A stretch of DNA of 64,000 nt, taken from positions 50,277 through 114,276 of the forward strand of contig JAGQUQ010000001.1 in assembly GCA_020438425.1 (NCBI GenBank). The letters run 5' to 3'. This DNA comes from Solirubrobacterales bacterium. Its GTDB lineage: Bacteria; Actinomycetota; Thermoleophilia; Solirubrobacterales; 70-9. The translations under genes were made by a program, and so were the position numbers. Below are positions 28,104 through 38,965 of this stretch, one piece after another. Position 1 is the stretch's first letter. Every line of letters starts with the position of its first letter. Below the pieces are notes generated by a model, which saw only the letters and a list, made by a program, of their open reading frames with translations, was not told the origin of the DNA and did not search any database.

Positions 28104-29225
28104 TCAGACCCAGCCGAGTGCTTCTTCGACTGGCACGTACTGCTGGCCGGTGCCTTCGGCCACTCCTTCGTGGGTCACCTTGCCGGCCGCCACATTGACC
28201 CCGGGCCGAAGCCCCGGATCGCGCTGGACCGCCGCCTGAATTCCGTTGTCGGCAAGGGCAAGGGCATAGGGCAACGTTGCGTTGGTGAGCGCCTGGGTCG
28301 AGGTGATCGGCACCGCGCCCGGCATGTTCGCCACGCAGTAATGAATGATTCCGTCGACCTCGTAGGTCGGATCCCGGTGGGTGGTCGGGCGCGATGTCTC
28401 GAAGCAGCCGCCCTGGTCGATCGCAACGTCGACGAGGACCGCCCCGGGCTTCATCAGCTTGAGTTGCTCGCGGTTGACGACCCAGGGAGCGCGGGCGCCG
28501 TGAACCAGGACAGCACCGATCACCAGATCGGCCTTGGGCAGCAGTTCTTCCACCGCCAGGGTGGTCGAGTACACGGTCGAGGCTTCGCGGGCGTAATGCA
28601 TGTCGAGCTCGCGAAGCCGGTCGATCGACCGGTCGAGGATGAACACATCCGCCGCCATTCCCATCGCGATGAAGGCGGCGTTGGTTCCGACCACACCACC
28701 ACCGATCACAACTACGTTGGCGGCGGCGACACCGGGAACGCCGCCGAGCAGCACCCCGCGGCCGCCGAGCGGCTTCTCCAGCATGAAAGCGCCGGCCTGG
28801 GTGGCGATCCGGCCGGCGATCTCGCTCATCGGGGCGAGCAGCGGCAGGCGACCCTGAGCGTCCTCGACCGTTTCGTAGGCGACGCAGGTCGAGCCGGACT
28901 TCATCAGCCCGGCGGTCTGCTCGGGATCGGGAGCCAGGTGGAGGTAGGTGAAAAGCAGATGCCCGGGCTTCAGCATCTCGATCTCAGAGGCCTGCAGCTC
29001 CTTTACATGCAGGATCATCTCGGCCGCCTCGAAGACGGCCGCAGCGTCGGGCAGAATCCGCGCGCCCTGTGCTTCATAGGAAGTGTTCGGGATTGCCGAG
29101 CCTTCGCCGGCCCCGTCCTGGATCAGGACCTCATGGCCGTGCTCGACGAACTCGCGCACGCCGGCCGGCGTGATCGCCACCCGGTACTCGTCCTGCTTGA
29201 TCTCCTTGATGACGCCGACCTTCAT
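28104..29225 (-). CDS. ald: Alanine dehydrogenase
   Basis: 373-aa ORF with MKVGVIKEIKQDEYRVAITPAGVREFVEHGHEVLIQDGAGEGS and the NAD motif VVVIGGGVVGTNAA. Confidence 0.93.
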   Translation of the reverse strand: MKVGVIKEIKQDEYRVAITPAGVREFVEHGHEVLIQDGAGEGSAIPNTSYEAQGARILPDAAAVFEAAEMILHVKELQASEIEMLKPGHLLFTYLHLAPDPEQTAGLMKSGSTCVAYETVEDAQGRLPLLAPMSEIAGRIATQAGAFMLEKPLGGRGVLLGGVPGVAAANVVVIGGGVVGTNAAFIAMGMAADVFILDRSIDRLRELDMHYAREASTVYSTTLAVEELLPKADLVIGAVLVHGARAPWVVNREQLKLMKPGAVLVDVAIDQGGCFETSRPTTHRDPTYEVDGIIHYCVANMPGAVPITSTQALTNATLPYALALADNGIQAAVQRDPGLRPGVNVAAGKVTHEGVAEGTGQQYVPVEEALGWV

Positions 29226-29276
29226 GTCTTGCCTCGTCCTCTCTGGTGGGGGGTGGGGTCCGGCACGGGGTCCGGG

Positions 29277-30659
29277 TCAGTTCCTCATCATCGCCGCGGC
29301 TTCGGTGAGCACCGGCCTGAGGACGTCGTGCATCTCTTCGAACTGCTCGGTGTCGCAGATCAGGGGTGGCGAAAACTGGATCACCGGGTCGCCACGATCG
29401 TCGGCCCGGCAGATCAGGCCACGCTCATAGAGAGCACCGGAGAGGAACCCGCGCAGCAGCTTCTCCGACTCCTCGTCATTGAAGCTCTCCTTGGTTTCCT
29501 GGTCCTTGACCAGTTCGATCGCCTGGAAGTAGCCGGCACCGCGAACATCGCCGACGATCGGGATGTCGCGCAGCGACTCGAGCATCCCGCGGAACTCGCC
29601 TTCCTTGGCCAGGACATGGCCGCAGAGGTCCTCGCGCTCGAAGATCTCGATGTTGGCGAGAGCCACAGCCGAGGCGATCGGGTGCCCGGCGAAGGTGAAG
29701 CCGTGGGCGAAGGAGGCGCTGCCCTCCATGAACGGTTCCGCGACCCGGTCGGAAGCGATCATCGCGCCCATCGGAACGTAGGAGGAGGTGAGGGCCTTGG
29801 CCGAAGTGATGATGTCCGGCTGGTAACCGAAGCGATCGCAGCCGAAGTAGTGGCCGAGGCGTCCCCAGGCGCAGATCACCTCGTCCGAGATCAGGAGCAC
29901 GTCGTACTTGTCGCAGATCTCGCGGACGCGCTGGAAGTAGCCATCCGGGGGAACGAAGCAGCCACCGGCGTTCTGCACCGGCTCGAGGATCACGGCCGAA
30001 ACCGAGTCCGGACCTTCGAAGAGGATCCTTTCCTCGATCGCGTCGGCGGCCCAGATCGGTTCACGATCTTCGGGCCAGCGGTAGATGTTGGTGTTCGGTA
30101 CATGGCAGCCACCCGGAGCGAGCGGCTCGAACTGCTGACGCAGGTCGGTGACGCCGGTCGCCGAAAGCGCACCCAGGGTGGTGCCGTGGTAGGCGACTTC
30201 GCGCGCGATGTGCTTGACCTTGCGGCCGTTGCCCCGCATCAGGTGAAAGTTGCGGGCCAGCTTCAGGGCTGACTCGACCGCTTCACCGCCGCCGCTGGTG
30301 AAGAAGACCCGGTTGAGGTCGCCGGGGGTCATCGAGGCGATCTTCGAGGCCAGCTCGATCGCCCGGGGGTGGGCGTAGCTCCAGATCACGAAGAAGTCGA
30401 GTTCCTCGTACTGGCGGGCTGCCGCCTCGGCCAGTTCGGGGCGACCGTGACCGGCGTTCACGCAGAAGAGTCCGGAAAGGCCGTCGAGGTACTTTTTGCC
30501 ATGCGCGTCGTAGACGTAGGCGCCGTCACCGCGGGTGATGATCGGGATCTCGTGCTGATCGTCGTATCCGCCCATGCGGGAGAAATGCATCCAGAGGTGG
30601 CGCCGGGCCTGTTCCTGAAGATTTTCGACTGCTGACTGACTCGGGGTGACGGTTGACAC
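29277..30659 (-). CDS. Class-III (omega) aminotransferase, putrescine/amine:pyruvate transaminase (SpuC)-like
   Basis: 460-aa ORF. The GTG start follows AAGGAGG. Matches are LWMHFSRMG, VNAGHGRPEL, LISDEVICAWGRLG and the PLP-lysine region DIITSAKALTSSY. Confidence 0.9.
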   Translation of the reverse strand: MSTVTPSQSAVENLQEQARRHLWMHFSRMGGYDDQHEIPIITRGDGAYVYDAHGKKYLDGLSGLFCVNAGHGRPELAEAAARQYEELDFFVIWSYAHPRAIELASKIASMTPGDLNRVFFTSGGGEAVESALKLARNFHLMRGNGRKVKHIAREVAYHGTTLGALSATGVTDLRQQFEPLAPGGCHVPNTNIYRWPEDREPIWAADAIEERILFEGPDSVSAVILEPVQNAGGCFVPPDGYFQRVREICDKYDVLLISDEVICAWGRLGHYFGCDRFGYQPDIITSAKALTSSYVPMGAMIASDRVAEPFMEGSASFAHGFTFAGHPIASAVALANIEIFEREDLCGHVLAKEGEFRGMLESLRDIPIVGDVRGAGYFQAIELVKDQETKESFNDEESEKLLRGFLSGALYERGLICRADDRGDPVIQFSPPLICDTEQFEEMHDVLRPVLTEAAAMMRN

Positions 30660-30839
30660 GCGAGCCTCCTTTTCCGGAAGACCAGTTGGGGTTGTGGCCC
30701 AACCTTATGTCGGCGTCGTCACACAGGCAAGCGGACGAAACGTAAAAAGCGGAGCCCGGCTCATGACCTCGCGTGTTCCGCAGGCTTCCGTTTGGCTAAC
30801 GGACTAGGCAGACGCCGCCCCTGGGATTAGGTTTCTCCC

Positions 30840-32396
30840 ATGGAGAGTTCAGAGGGTTCATCCCGTCCGGAGCGCAACGTCCCCAACTCGGGGGATGAGC
30901 CTCACCTCAAGGCCGACGCGATCAGTTTCGCCGACGGCCTGGCGATCGCCCTCGCCTCGACCGCTCCCGCCTACTCGCTGGCTGCGGTGATCGGTTCGAT
31001 CGTCGTCCTGGTCGGGCTGCAGGCACCCGCCGCCCTGCTGGTCGCCTTCGTGCCGATGTTCTTCATCGCCGCCGCCTTCTACTACATGAACAAGGCCGAC
31101 CAGGACTGCGGCACCAGCTTCTCCTGGGTCACCCGGGCGATCGGTCCGCAGTCCGGCTGGATCACCGGCTGGGCGATCTGCGTGACCGGGATCCTGGTCG
31201 TCGGGTCGCTCGCCGATGTCGCGGTCTACAGCTTCTTCGACCTGATCGGGACCGACGGACTGATGAACAGCACCGCCGCGGTGACGGCCGGCGCGGTGAT
31301 CCTGATGATCGTCATGACCGGTGTCTGCGTCTGGGGAACCGAGATCTCGGCCAACCTGCAGAAGACCCTGATGATTGTCCAGATCGTCCCCTTGCTGCTC
31401 TTCGTCGTGGTCGCCCTGGTCAAGGTCTGGGGAGGCGATGCGCCCGGCGGGGCGATCGACCCCTCGCTTTCCTGGTTCAACCCGTTCGCGATCCCGGCCG
31501 GAGCACTTTCGGGCGCGATGCTGCTCGCGGTCTTCATCTACTGGGGCTGGGAAAGCGCCGTCAACCTGAACGAGGAAACCGAAGGCGACGCCGACAAGCC
31601 CGGCCTCGCCGGGGTCATCTCCACCGCGCTGCTCCTGATCACCTACCTCGGGGTGGCGACCGCGATCGTTGCCTGGGGCGGAATCTCCGGGGCCGAACAG
31701 TTCGATGACGACGCGGCGATCCTCGCTACCTACGCGAAGGAAATTCTCGGCGGCACGCTCGGCCTGCTGGTCCTGCTCTCGGTGGTGGTGTCGGCCCTCG
31801 CTTCGACCCAGACCACGATCCTGCCGGCTTCGAGGACCTCCCTTTCCATGGCCCGGGCCGAGGCGATGCCTCACGCCCTGGGCGAGATTTCCGGCCGCTT
31901 CTTCACCCCCGTCGTTTCGACCGTGACGATCGGTGTCCTGGCGATCATCTGGTACCTGCCGTCGAAGCTGATCAGCGAGAACTTCCTCTTCGACTCGCTC
32001 TCGGCGCTCTCCCTGATGATCGCCTTCTACTACGCAATGACCGGCTACGCCTGCGCCTTCTACTACCGGCGTGAACTGCTGAAGTCGGCGAAGAACCTGC
32101 TCTTCATCGGCGTGGCTCCGGTGATCGGCGCTCTCCTCCTGACCTACCTGTTCGTGAAGTCGCTGGTCGACTGGTCCGACCCGGCCAACTCCTACACCGG
32201 CGCCTCCTGGCTCGGATTCGCTCCGCCGGCGATCATCGGGGTCGGCTTCCTTCTGCTCGGCGTGATCCTGCTCATGGCCTGGCGCGTCCATCAGGAGGAG
32301 CCGTTCTTCAAGCGACGCCGCGAGATCGCCGATCCGGACCTGCTGACCGGCAAGGTCGAACCCGCGGCTGCGCTTTCCGGAAGCGACGCCGGCTAG
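30840..32396 (+). CDS. APC-superfamily amino acid/polyamine permease
   Basis: 518-aa ORF with about 12 hydrophobic helices. The N-terminal region is typical of APC transporters (ISFADGLAIALASTAPAYSLAAVIG). Confidence 0.85.
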   Translation: MESSEGSSRPERNVPNSGDEPHLKADAISFADGLAIALASTAPAYSLAAVIGSIVVLVGLQAPAALLVAFVPMFFIAAAFYYMNKADQDCGTSFSWVTRAIGPQSGWITGWAICVTGILVVGSLADVAVYSFFDLIGTDGLMNSTAAVTAGAVILMIVMTGVCVWGTEISANLQKTLMIVQIVPLLLFVVVALVKVWGGDAPGGAIDPSLSWFNPFAIPAGALSGAMLLAVFIYWGWESAVNLNEETEGDADKPGLAGVISTALLLITYLGVATAIVAWGGISGAEQFDDDAAILATYAKEILGGTLGLLVLLSVVVSALASTQTTILPASRTSLSMARAEAMPHALGEISGRFFTPVVSTVTIGVLAIIWYLPSKLISENFLFDSLSALSLMIAFYYAMTGYACAFYYRRELLKSAKNLLFIGVAPVIGALLLTYLFVKSLVDWSDPANSYTGASWLGFAPPAIIGVGFLLLGVILLMAWRVHQEEPFFKRRREIADPDLLTGKVEPAAALSGSDAG

Positions 32397-32592
32397 ACCC
32401 TTTTTCCGCTGCCGGCACAACCGCTCATAGCGGTCGGGAATCCCGATTGCATTGGACACCGGGACTGCCAGGCGGGATTCATTTGGACAATTCGTGGTTG
32501 CGGGACCCCCCGGGTTTCGCATACGGTTCAATCCGAAGTCCCCGGGAGCGGCTTGTCCGGTCCCGGATCTGTCCACCTGAGAGAGGGGTTTG

Positions 32593-33816
32593 ATGGAAGG
32601 CTCGCCAGATCTACCGCCGACCGATCCGGTTTCGGATCAGCCGGAGGATGTAGCCGGTAAAGCCTCAGGATCTGGGAGCGGGGGCGTTCGCCTCGAGGGA
32701 GTCACCAAGCAGTTCGGTGATTTCACGGCGGTTCGAGAAATGGATCTCGACATCGCCGACGGTGAGTTCTTCACCATGCTCGGCCCCTCCGGCTGTGGCA
32801 AGACGACGACCCTGAGGATGATCGCCGGCTTCGAACAGCCGACCACCGGCAAGGTGCTGATCGACGGCACCGACGTGGCCGGGCAGCCCGCCTTCAAGCG
32901 GCCGACCAACACCGTCTTCCAGTCCTACGCGCTCTTCCCCCACATGACGCTGGAAGAGAACGTCGGCTTCGGGCTCAAGCGCAAGAAGGTCCCGAAGGAC
33001 GAAATCAAGACCCGTGTTGCGACCGAACTCGAGAGGGTCGGCCTGAGCCGCGAGGCCAAGCGCAAGCCGAACCAGCTCTCCGGAGGCCAGCAGCAGCGCG
33101 TCGCGCTCGCCCGGGCCCTGGTCAACCTGCCCAAGGTGCTGCTGCTCGACGAACCGCTCGGCGCCCTCGACCTCAAGCTCCGCAAGGGGCTTCAGGTCCA
33201 GCTCAAGCAGATCCAGCGCGACGTCGGAATCACCTTCGTCTACGTGACCCACGATCAGGAAGAAGCGCTCACCATGAGCGACCGGATCGCGGTCATGAAC
33301 GAGGGCAGGATCGAACAATGCGACGACCCGGAGACCGTGTATGAGCGGCCGACGACCACCTTCGTGGCCGGATTCATCGGAGTTTCGAACCTGATGCCGG
33401 CGGTCGCTTCCGGACCCGGTGAAGTCAGGATCGAAGACGGACCCTCTGTTCCCACGCCTGATGCGGCGAGGTTCTCGAGTGGCGAGCGCTGCTACGCGGT
33501 CGTCCGCCCGGAGAAACTCGACGTTGACCTGCCGGAGAATTCACCGACCGATCAGCCCGGAGTCGATGGTGTCGTCGAGAGTTCGCTCTACCTCGGCACG
33601 GCGACCCAGATGGCGGTCCGGGTGGCCGAGGACGTGAGCATGACAGTCCTCTGTCCGAACGTTTCCGAAGAAGAGCGCCAGAGCCTCCCCGGGGCCGGCG
33701 CCAGGGTGCGCCTCTCCTGGCTGCCCGAACACATGCACCTCGTCGCCGAGTCCGATGCGGACAAGGCGGCAGCTGACTCCAAGCCCACCGAAACCGTCAC
33801 CGAAGGAGTGAACTGA
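32593..33816 (+). CDS. potA: Spermidine/putrescine-type ABC transporter ATP-binding protein
   Basis: Walker A is GPSGCGKTT, the signature is [15 protein letters not shown] and Walker B is LLLDEPL. A C-terminal TOBE-like domain is present. ATG 32593 follows GAGAGGGG. Confidence 0.9.
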   Translation: MEGSPDLPPTDPVSDQPEDVAGKASGSGSGGVRLEGVTKQFGDFTAVREMDLDIADGEFFTMLGPSGCGKTTTLRMIAGFEQPTTGKVLIDGTDVAGQPAFKRPTNTVFQSYALFPHMTLEENVGFGLKRKKVPKDEIKTRVATELERVGLSREAKRKPNQLSGGQQQRVALARALVNLPKVLLLDEPLGALDLKLRKGLQVQLKQIQRDVGITFVYVTHDQEEALTMSDRIAVMNEGRIEQCDDPETVYERPTTTFVAGFIGVSNLMPAVASGPGEVRIEDGPSVPTPDAARFSSGERCYAVVRPEKLDVDLPENSPTDQPGVDGVVESSLYLGTATQMAVRVAEDVSMTVLCPNVSEEERQSLPGAGARVRLSWLPEHMHLVAESDADKAAADSKPTETVTEGVN

Positions 33817-34976
33817 TGAGTAGCAAGCAGATGAAAAGAACCCGGCTTCTGATCGTGGCCATACTGGCTCTGGCAGCCTCGATGGTCCTCGTCGCCTGTG
33901 GCGGCGGCGGAGGGGGTGGACTCAGCGGTTCCGACAACTCCGACGTGACGACCGCCGAGGGCGGCGACCCCCAGGGCTCGCTGAAGATCTCGAACTGGCC
34001 GCTGTACATCGACGGGGCCACGATCAAGAACTTCCAGAACGAGTCCGGGATCAAGACGACTTACACCGAGGACGTCAACTCGAACACCGACTTCTTCGGC
34101 AAGATGCAGCCGCTGCTCAGCCAGGGTGACTCGGGTGGACGCGACATCATCGTCGTCACCGACTGGATGGCCGAAAAGCTCTACAAGCTCGGCTACATCC
34201 AGAACCTGGACAAATCGAAGATCGCCAACGTCGAGAACAACCTGATCCCGGCTCTGCGGGATCCGTCCTGGGACCCCGGCCGGAAGTTCTCGGTTCCGTG
34301 GCAGTCCGGCATGACCGGCCTCGTCGTCCGGACCGACCTCGCCCCCGACGTCAAGTCGGTCAACGACCTGTGGGATCCGAAGTACAAGGGCAAGGTGACC
34401 GTGCTCGACGAGATGCGCGACACCATCCCGCTGATGATGGCCGCCGACGGCATCGACCCGACCGAAGCCACCACCGAGGACTGGATGAGCACCATCGACA
34501 AGTTCGGTGACCTCGTCTCAAGCGGCCAGATTCGCCGCGTGACCGGCAACGACTATGTCCAGGACATGGCTGCCGGCAACGTCGTGGCGGCGATCGGCTG
34601 GTCCGGCGACGCGATCCAGGCCCAGGCCGACAACGAGAACATCCAGTACGTCCAGCCGGAGCAGGGTTGCTCGCTCTGGTCGGACAACATGTTGATCCCG
34701 GTCGGCGCCCCGAACCCGGCCGCGGCCTACAAGTTCATGGACTACGTCTACCAGCCGGAAGTCCAGGCCAAGATCACCGAGTACGTGAACTACATCACCC
34801 CGGTTGAAGGCGTGAAGCCGATCCTCGAGAAGAAGGATCCGGATCTCGCCAACAACGAGCTGATCTTCCCCTCGGAAGAGTTCACGGCCAACTGCTGGTC
34901 CCAGGTGTCACCGCCCGGTGACGAGGCCGAGGTCCAGGAGGTCGAGCAGGCCTTCGAGGACGCCAAGCTCGGCTGA
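33816..34976 (+). CDS. potD: Polyamine-type periplasmic substrate-binding lipoprotein
   Basis: 386-aa ORF. The lipobox LVAC is followed by a Gly-rich linker (LAASMVLVACGGGGGGG). The length and pattern fit PotD/PotF-like binding proteins. The ATG overlaps the potA stop (TGATG). Confidence 0.85.
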   Translation: MSSKQMKRTRLLIVAILALAASMVLVACGGGGGGGLSGSDNSDVTTAEGGDPQGSLKISNWPLYIDGATIKNFQNESGIKTTYTEDVNSNTDFFGKMQPLLSQGDSGGRDIIVVTDWMAEKLYKLGYIQNLDKSKIANVENNLIPALRDPSWDPGRKFSVPWQSGMTGLVVRTDLAPDVKSVNDLWDPKYKGKVTVLDEMRDTIPLMMAADGIDPTEATTEDWMSTIDKFGDLVSSGQIRRVTGNDYVQDMAAGNVVAAIGWSGDAIQAQADNENIQYVQPEQGCSLWSDNMLIPVGAPNPAAAYKFMDYVYQPEVQAKITEYVNYITPVEGVKPILEKKDPDLANNELIFPSEEFTANCWSQVSPPGDEAEVQEVEQAFEDAKLG

Positions 34977-35045
34977 CCCGGAACCACTCTCTGAGAAACA
35001 CGGGAACGCGCTGATGGAAAGAAACCGAAAGTCGAGAACCAAACG

Positions 35046-35909
35046 GTGACTTTCCGTCAGCGCACCATTCCCTACTGGCTGCTGGCCCCGGGTCTGCTCT
35101 GGCTGGTCATCTTCTTCGTGGTCCCCATGTACTACATGGGGGAACTCTCGCTGAAGACCGGCACCGTCCAGACCGGGTATGAACTGACCTGGGCCTTCAG
35201 CAACTACTCGGATGCGATCTCCCAGTACAGCGAGCAGTTCATTCGGTCCTTCTGGTACGCCGGAGTGGCCACCTTCTTCTGCCTGCTGATCGGCTACCCG
35301 CTCGCTTACGCGATCGCCTTCAAGGCGGGCCGCTGGAAGAACCTGATGCTGTTCGCAGTGGTGGCGCCGTTCTTCACCACCTACCTGATCCGGACGATCG
35401 CCTGGAAGACCATCCTCGACGATTCCAGCCCGGTCGTCTCGGTGATCGAGTTCCTCGGGCTGGCACCCCAGGGGCATGTGCTTGCCACCAGCGGCGCGGT
35501 GATCGCCGGTCTTACCTACAACTTCCTGCCCTTCATGGTGCTTCCCCTCTTCACCGCCCTCGAGCGCCTCGACCGGCGCTTGCTGGAAGCCGGCAAGGAT
35601 CTCTACGCCTCGACCTTCCAGACCTTCTGGAGGATCACCCTGCCGCTGACCATGCCCGGGATCATCGCCGGCATCCTGCTGACCTTCATTCCGGCGGCCG
35701 GTGACTACGTGAACGCGACCTTCCTCGGCGGCACCAGCCAGTCGATGATCGGCAACGTGATCCAGTCGAAGTACCTGGTGGTCACCGACTACTCGGAAGC
35801 CGCCGCCCTCTCGTTCACCCTGATGGCAATCATCCTGGTCGCGCTCCTGGTCTACATCAAGTTCGCCGGAACGTCTGCGCTGATGGGTGAAGAGGAGGAA
35901 GCACGATGA
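35046..35909 (+). CDS. potB: ABC transporter permease (PotB-like)
   Basis: 287-aa ORF with six hydrophobic helices and the EAA-type loop LLEAGKDLYASTFQTFWRITLPL. Confidence 0.85.
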   Translation: MTFRQRTIPYWLLAPGLLWLVIFFVVPMYYMGELSLKTGTVQTGYELTWAFSNYSDAISQYSEQFIRSFWYAGVATFFCLLIGYPLAYAIAFKAGRWKNLMLFAVVAPFFTTYLIRTIAWKTILDDSSPVVSVIEFLGLAPQGHVLATSGAVIAGLTYNFLPFMVLPLFTALERLDRRLLEAGKDLYASTFQTFWRITLPLTMPGIIAGILLTFIPAAGDYVNATFLGGTSQSMIGNVIQSKYLVVTDYSEAAALSFTLMAIILVALLVYIKFAGTSALMGEEEEAR

Positions 35910-36757
35910 AGGCCTGGCACTGGCTCCGGGAAAACGCCGTGATGATCGTCGGCCTGCTGGCGATCGCCTACATGCTGATCCCGATCCTGGTGATCGCGGT
36001 CTTCTCCTTCAACGACCCCTCCGGCCGTTTCAACTTCGAGTGGGTCGGCTTCACCACCGAGTACTGGACCAAGCCGTTCGCGATCACCGAGCTGACCGAC
36101 TCCCTGCTGCTCAGCATCCGCCTGGCCTTCTTCACGGCGATCGGGGCGACGATCCTCGGCACCCTGCTGGCGATCGCCCTGGTTCGCTACCAGTTCATGG
36201 GCCGGCGGGCGGCGAACCTGCTGATCGTGATCCCCATGGCAACTCCCGAAGTTGTTATCGGCGCCGCGCTGCTCTCCTTCTTCCTGACCCTGAACGTGTT
36301 CGAGCTCGGTTTCCAGACCCTGCTCATCGCCCACATCATGTTCTCGGTCAGTTTCGTGGTGATCGTCGTCCGGTCGCGACTGATCGGCTTCGACCGCCGG
36401 CTCGAGGAGGCGGCCTCGGACCTCGGTGCGAATGCCTTCACGACCTTCCGCAAGGTGACGCTGCCGCTGATCGCCCCCGGAGTGCTCTCGGCCGCCTTCC
36501 TCGCCTTCGCGCTCTCGATCGATGACTTCGTGATTTCGAACTTCAACTCCGGATCCGAAGTGACCTTCCCGCTTTACATCTTCGGTGCCAACCAGCGCGG
36601 CATCCCGGTCCAGGTCAACGTGATCGCGACCATGCTCTTCGCGGTGACCGTGATCGCCATGCTGGCGGTGATCATCCAGCAGAAGCGGGCCGAGAAGGCG
36701 GCGGCGATGCGGCCCGAAGAGGTCGCCAACAAGCCGGCTATTTCTTTGCCTGTGTGA
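35906..36757 (+). CDS. potC: ABC transporter permease (PotC-like)
   Basis: 283-aa ORF with a 4-nt overlap with potB and the EAA-type loop LEEAASDLGANAFTTFRKVTLPL. Confidence 0.85.
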   Translation: MKAWHWLRENAVMIVGLLAIAYMLIPILVIAVFSFNDPSGRFNFEWVGFTTEYWTKPFAITELTDSLLLSIRLAFFTAIGATILGTLLAIALVRYQFMGRRAANLLIVIPMATPEVVIGAALLSFFLTLNVFELGFQTLLIAHIMFSVSFVVIVVRSRLIGFDRRLEEAASDLGANAFTTFRKVTLPLIAPGVLSAAFLAFALSIDDFVISNFNSGSEVTFPLYIFGANQRGIPVQVNVIATMLFAVTVIAMLAVIIQQKRAEKAAAMRPEEVANKPAISLPV

Positions 36758-36883
36758 CCCAAGCTCTGGCGGCGGGATCCGGGGTGTACCTCCCGGTCCG
36801 TCGCGCTTTGCGCTCCCCCGAAGGCCCGGGACGCACACCCCGGTTCCCGCCTTGGAGTCTCGTCAGGCCTTAGATTTCGGGAT

Positions 36884-38350
36884 ATGGGATATGAGACTCG
36901 GTTGTTTGTTGGTGGAGAGTTCGTTGAGGGTGCTGGTGACCCGATCGAGGTGGAGAATCCGGTCAGCGAGGAGATCGTTGCGACGGTTGGTTCGGCCTCG
37001 CTCGAGCAGCTTGACCTGGCGGTGAAAGCGGCGACCGGGGCGAAGTCCTCCTGGGGGACGATGCCGGCGGTCGACCGGGCTCCCCTGCTTCACGGGATCG
37101 CTGCGGCCCTGCGCGCGAAGACGGACGAGCTGGCCCTGCTGATGACCACCGAGATCGGCCGGCCGCTTTCCGAATCGGCTGACGAGGTCGAGTGGTGTGC
37201 CGCCTGCTTCGATTACTACGCCGAGGTGGCCCGCTCCGAGATCGGCCGGGTGATCCCGCCGATCGAGGCCTCGCAGTTCTCGGTCGTGGTCAAGGAGCCG
37301 CATGGCGTGGTCGGCTGCATCGTGCCCTGGAACTTCCCCCTGCTCCTGCTGGTCTGGAAGGTCGCTCCGGCGCTGGCCGCAGGTAACACCATCGTCGCCA
37401 AGCCTTCCGAGCTGACCCCGCTCTCGACGCTGGCGATCGCCGAAGTCTTCTCCGAACTGCCGGCCGGTACGGTGAACCTGATCGCCGGGGCCGGTGACAT
37501 CGGCGCCGGAATCTCCGGGCATCCGGGGATCGACTGCGTCGCCTTCACCGGTTCGGTCGCAACCGGCCAGAAAGTCGGTGTGGCCGCAGCCTCGAGAAAT
37601 GCCCGGGTCAACCTGGAGATGGGTGGCAAGGACCCCTTCATCGTCTGCGACGACATCGGCGCCGACGGCCTGCAGGTCGCGGCCGAAGGCGGTGCCTGGG
37701 CTGCCTTCCTCAACGCCGGCCAGGTCTGCACCTCCTCCGAGCGCTTCTATGTCATGGAGTCGGTCTTCGACGACTACGTGAATGCTTTCGTCGAACACAC
37801 GAAGAAACTGGTGATCGGTGATCCGCTCGATTCGGCCACCGACATGGGGCCCATGGTCTCCGCCACCCAGCGCGGCAAGGCCCTGGGCCAGGTCGAGGAT
37901 GCGGTCGCGTCGGGTGCCGAGCTCCTGACCGGCGGCGGCAATGCCGGTTTCGAGAAGGGTCACTTCCTCGAGCCCTGCGTGCTGACCGGGGTTCCGGCCG
38001 ACGCCGACCTGCTTCGGGAAGAGACTTTCGGCCCGGTCGCCCCGATCGTGCCCGTGAAAGATCTCGACGAAGCGATCGCGCGTGCCAACGGACTCGACTT
38101 CGGCCTCGGCGCCAACATCTACACACGAGACCTGAAGAGGGCAATCCGCTGCGTGAAGGAGGTGCGGGCCGGATCGGTCTGGATCAACGACCCTCTGACC
38201 GACAACGACGCCGGACCCTTCGGAGGCTTCAAGAATTCAGGGATCGGCCGCGAGCTCGGCACCGAGGGCCTCGACGCCTTCCGCGAGGCCAAACACGCTC
38301 ACATCGACACCGAGATCGAGATCAAGGACTGGTGGTACCCCTACGGCTGA
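36884..38350 (+). CDS. NAD(P)-dependent aldehyde dehydrogenase (second copy in the locus)
   Basis: 488-aa ORF with IVPWNFPL, LEMGGKDP and LNAGQVCTS (catalytic Cys). Confidence 0.9.
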   Translation: MGYETRLFVGGEFVEGAGDPIEVENPVSEEIVATVGSASLEQLDLAVKAATGAKSSWGTMPAVDRAPLLHGIAAALRAKTDELALLMTTEIGRPLSESADEVEWCAACFDYYAEVARSEIGRVIPPIEASQFSVVVKEPHGVVGCIVPWNFPLLLLVWKVAPALAAGNTIVAKPSELTPLSTLAIAEVFSELPAGTVNLIAGAGDIGAGISGHPGIDCVAFTGSVATGQKVGVAAASRNARVNLEMGGKDPFIVCDDIGADGLQVAAEGGAWAAFLNAGQVCTSSERFYVMESVFDDYVNAFVEHTKKLVIGDPLDSATDMGPMVSATQRGKALGQVEDAVASGAELLTGGGNAGFEKGHFLEPCVLTGVPADADLLREETFGPVAPIVPVKDLDEAIARANGLDFGLGANIYTRDLKRAIRCVKEVRAGSVWINDPLTDNDAGPFGGFKNSGIGRELGTEGLDAFREAKHAHIDTEIEIKDWWYPYG

Positions 38351-38386
38351 TCCGCAGGGGTACCGGATTCCCCTCAGGTCCGCTGA

Positions 38387-38893
38387 CTAGACGGAGTCGC
38401 CGGCGCTGCCGCAATCGACCATGCCGTAGGCGTCAACCAGCTCGTCGGACTGCGCGTCAAGTTCGTCACCTTCGGCCACCGCCGCATCGAGCGCAGCGCG
38501 ATCGTCGTTGCGAATCGCCTCGGCTGCTTCGTTGACCTTGTCGACGCCCTGGCGACTCAGCGAAATGAACTCGTCGACCGTCTCCTCGTCGCCTTCGGGA
38601 GCTCCGAGTCCTTCGACTTCGTCGATCGCGGCGCTGACTTCATCGGCCTGATCCTCAAAGACGGCAGCTGCCGCTTCGAGGTCTCCGGCATTCATCGCCT
38701 CCTGGAAATCCTGCTGCAGTTCTTGACCCTGGGCATTGATCTCGGCGCAGATCTGGTCGGCCTGGGCGATGAAGTCTTCCTTGGTGATCGAACCGGAATC
38801 CGAGTCGCCACCGCAACCGGCGATCAGCGCCGCACCGGTGAGGACGATGGCACCGAGCACGACGAAGCGCCCGGAAGTGGACTTGACACTCAT
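38387..38893 (-). CDS. Acidic helical lipoprotein of unknown function
   Basis: ATG 38893 follows GGGAGA and gives MSVKSTSGRFVVLGAIVLTGAALIAGCGG (lipobox IAGC). The rest is rich in Asp, Glu and Ala. The protein ends in MVDCGSAGDSV. It is a paralogue of the next gene. Confidence 0.55.
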   Translation of the reverse strand: MSVKSTSGRFVVLGAIVLTGAALIAGCGGDSDSGSITKEDFIAQADQICAEINAQGQELQQDFQEAMNAGDLEAAAAVFEDQADEVSAAIDEVEGLGAPEGDEETVDEFISLSRQGVDKVNEAAEAIRNDDRAALDAAVAEGDELDAQSDELVDAYGMVDCGSAGDSV

Positions 38894-38965
38894 TTGTTCT
38901 CCCATTCGGGTCGGGGTTTCGAGCATATCCGGGACCGGTCCGAAAGACCAAGAGTCGCCGGGCGA

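Noticed and set aside
28170-30272. 700-aa ORF on the + strand
   Set aside because: It is antisense to alanine dehydrogenase and the class-III aminotransferase, both recognised at full length. It is a shadow ORF.
30858-32576. 572-aa ORF on the minus strand
   Set aside because: It is antisense to the APC permease, whose hydrophobic 12-helix pattern identifies the + frame as real.
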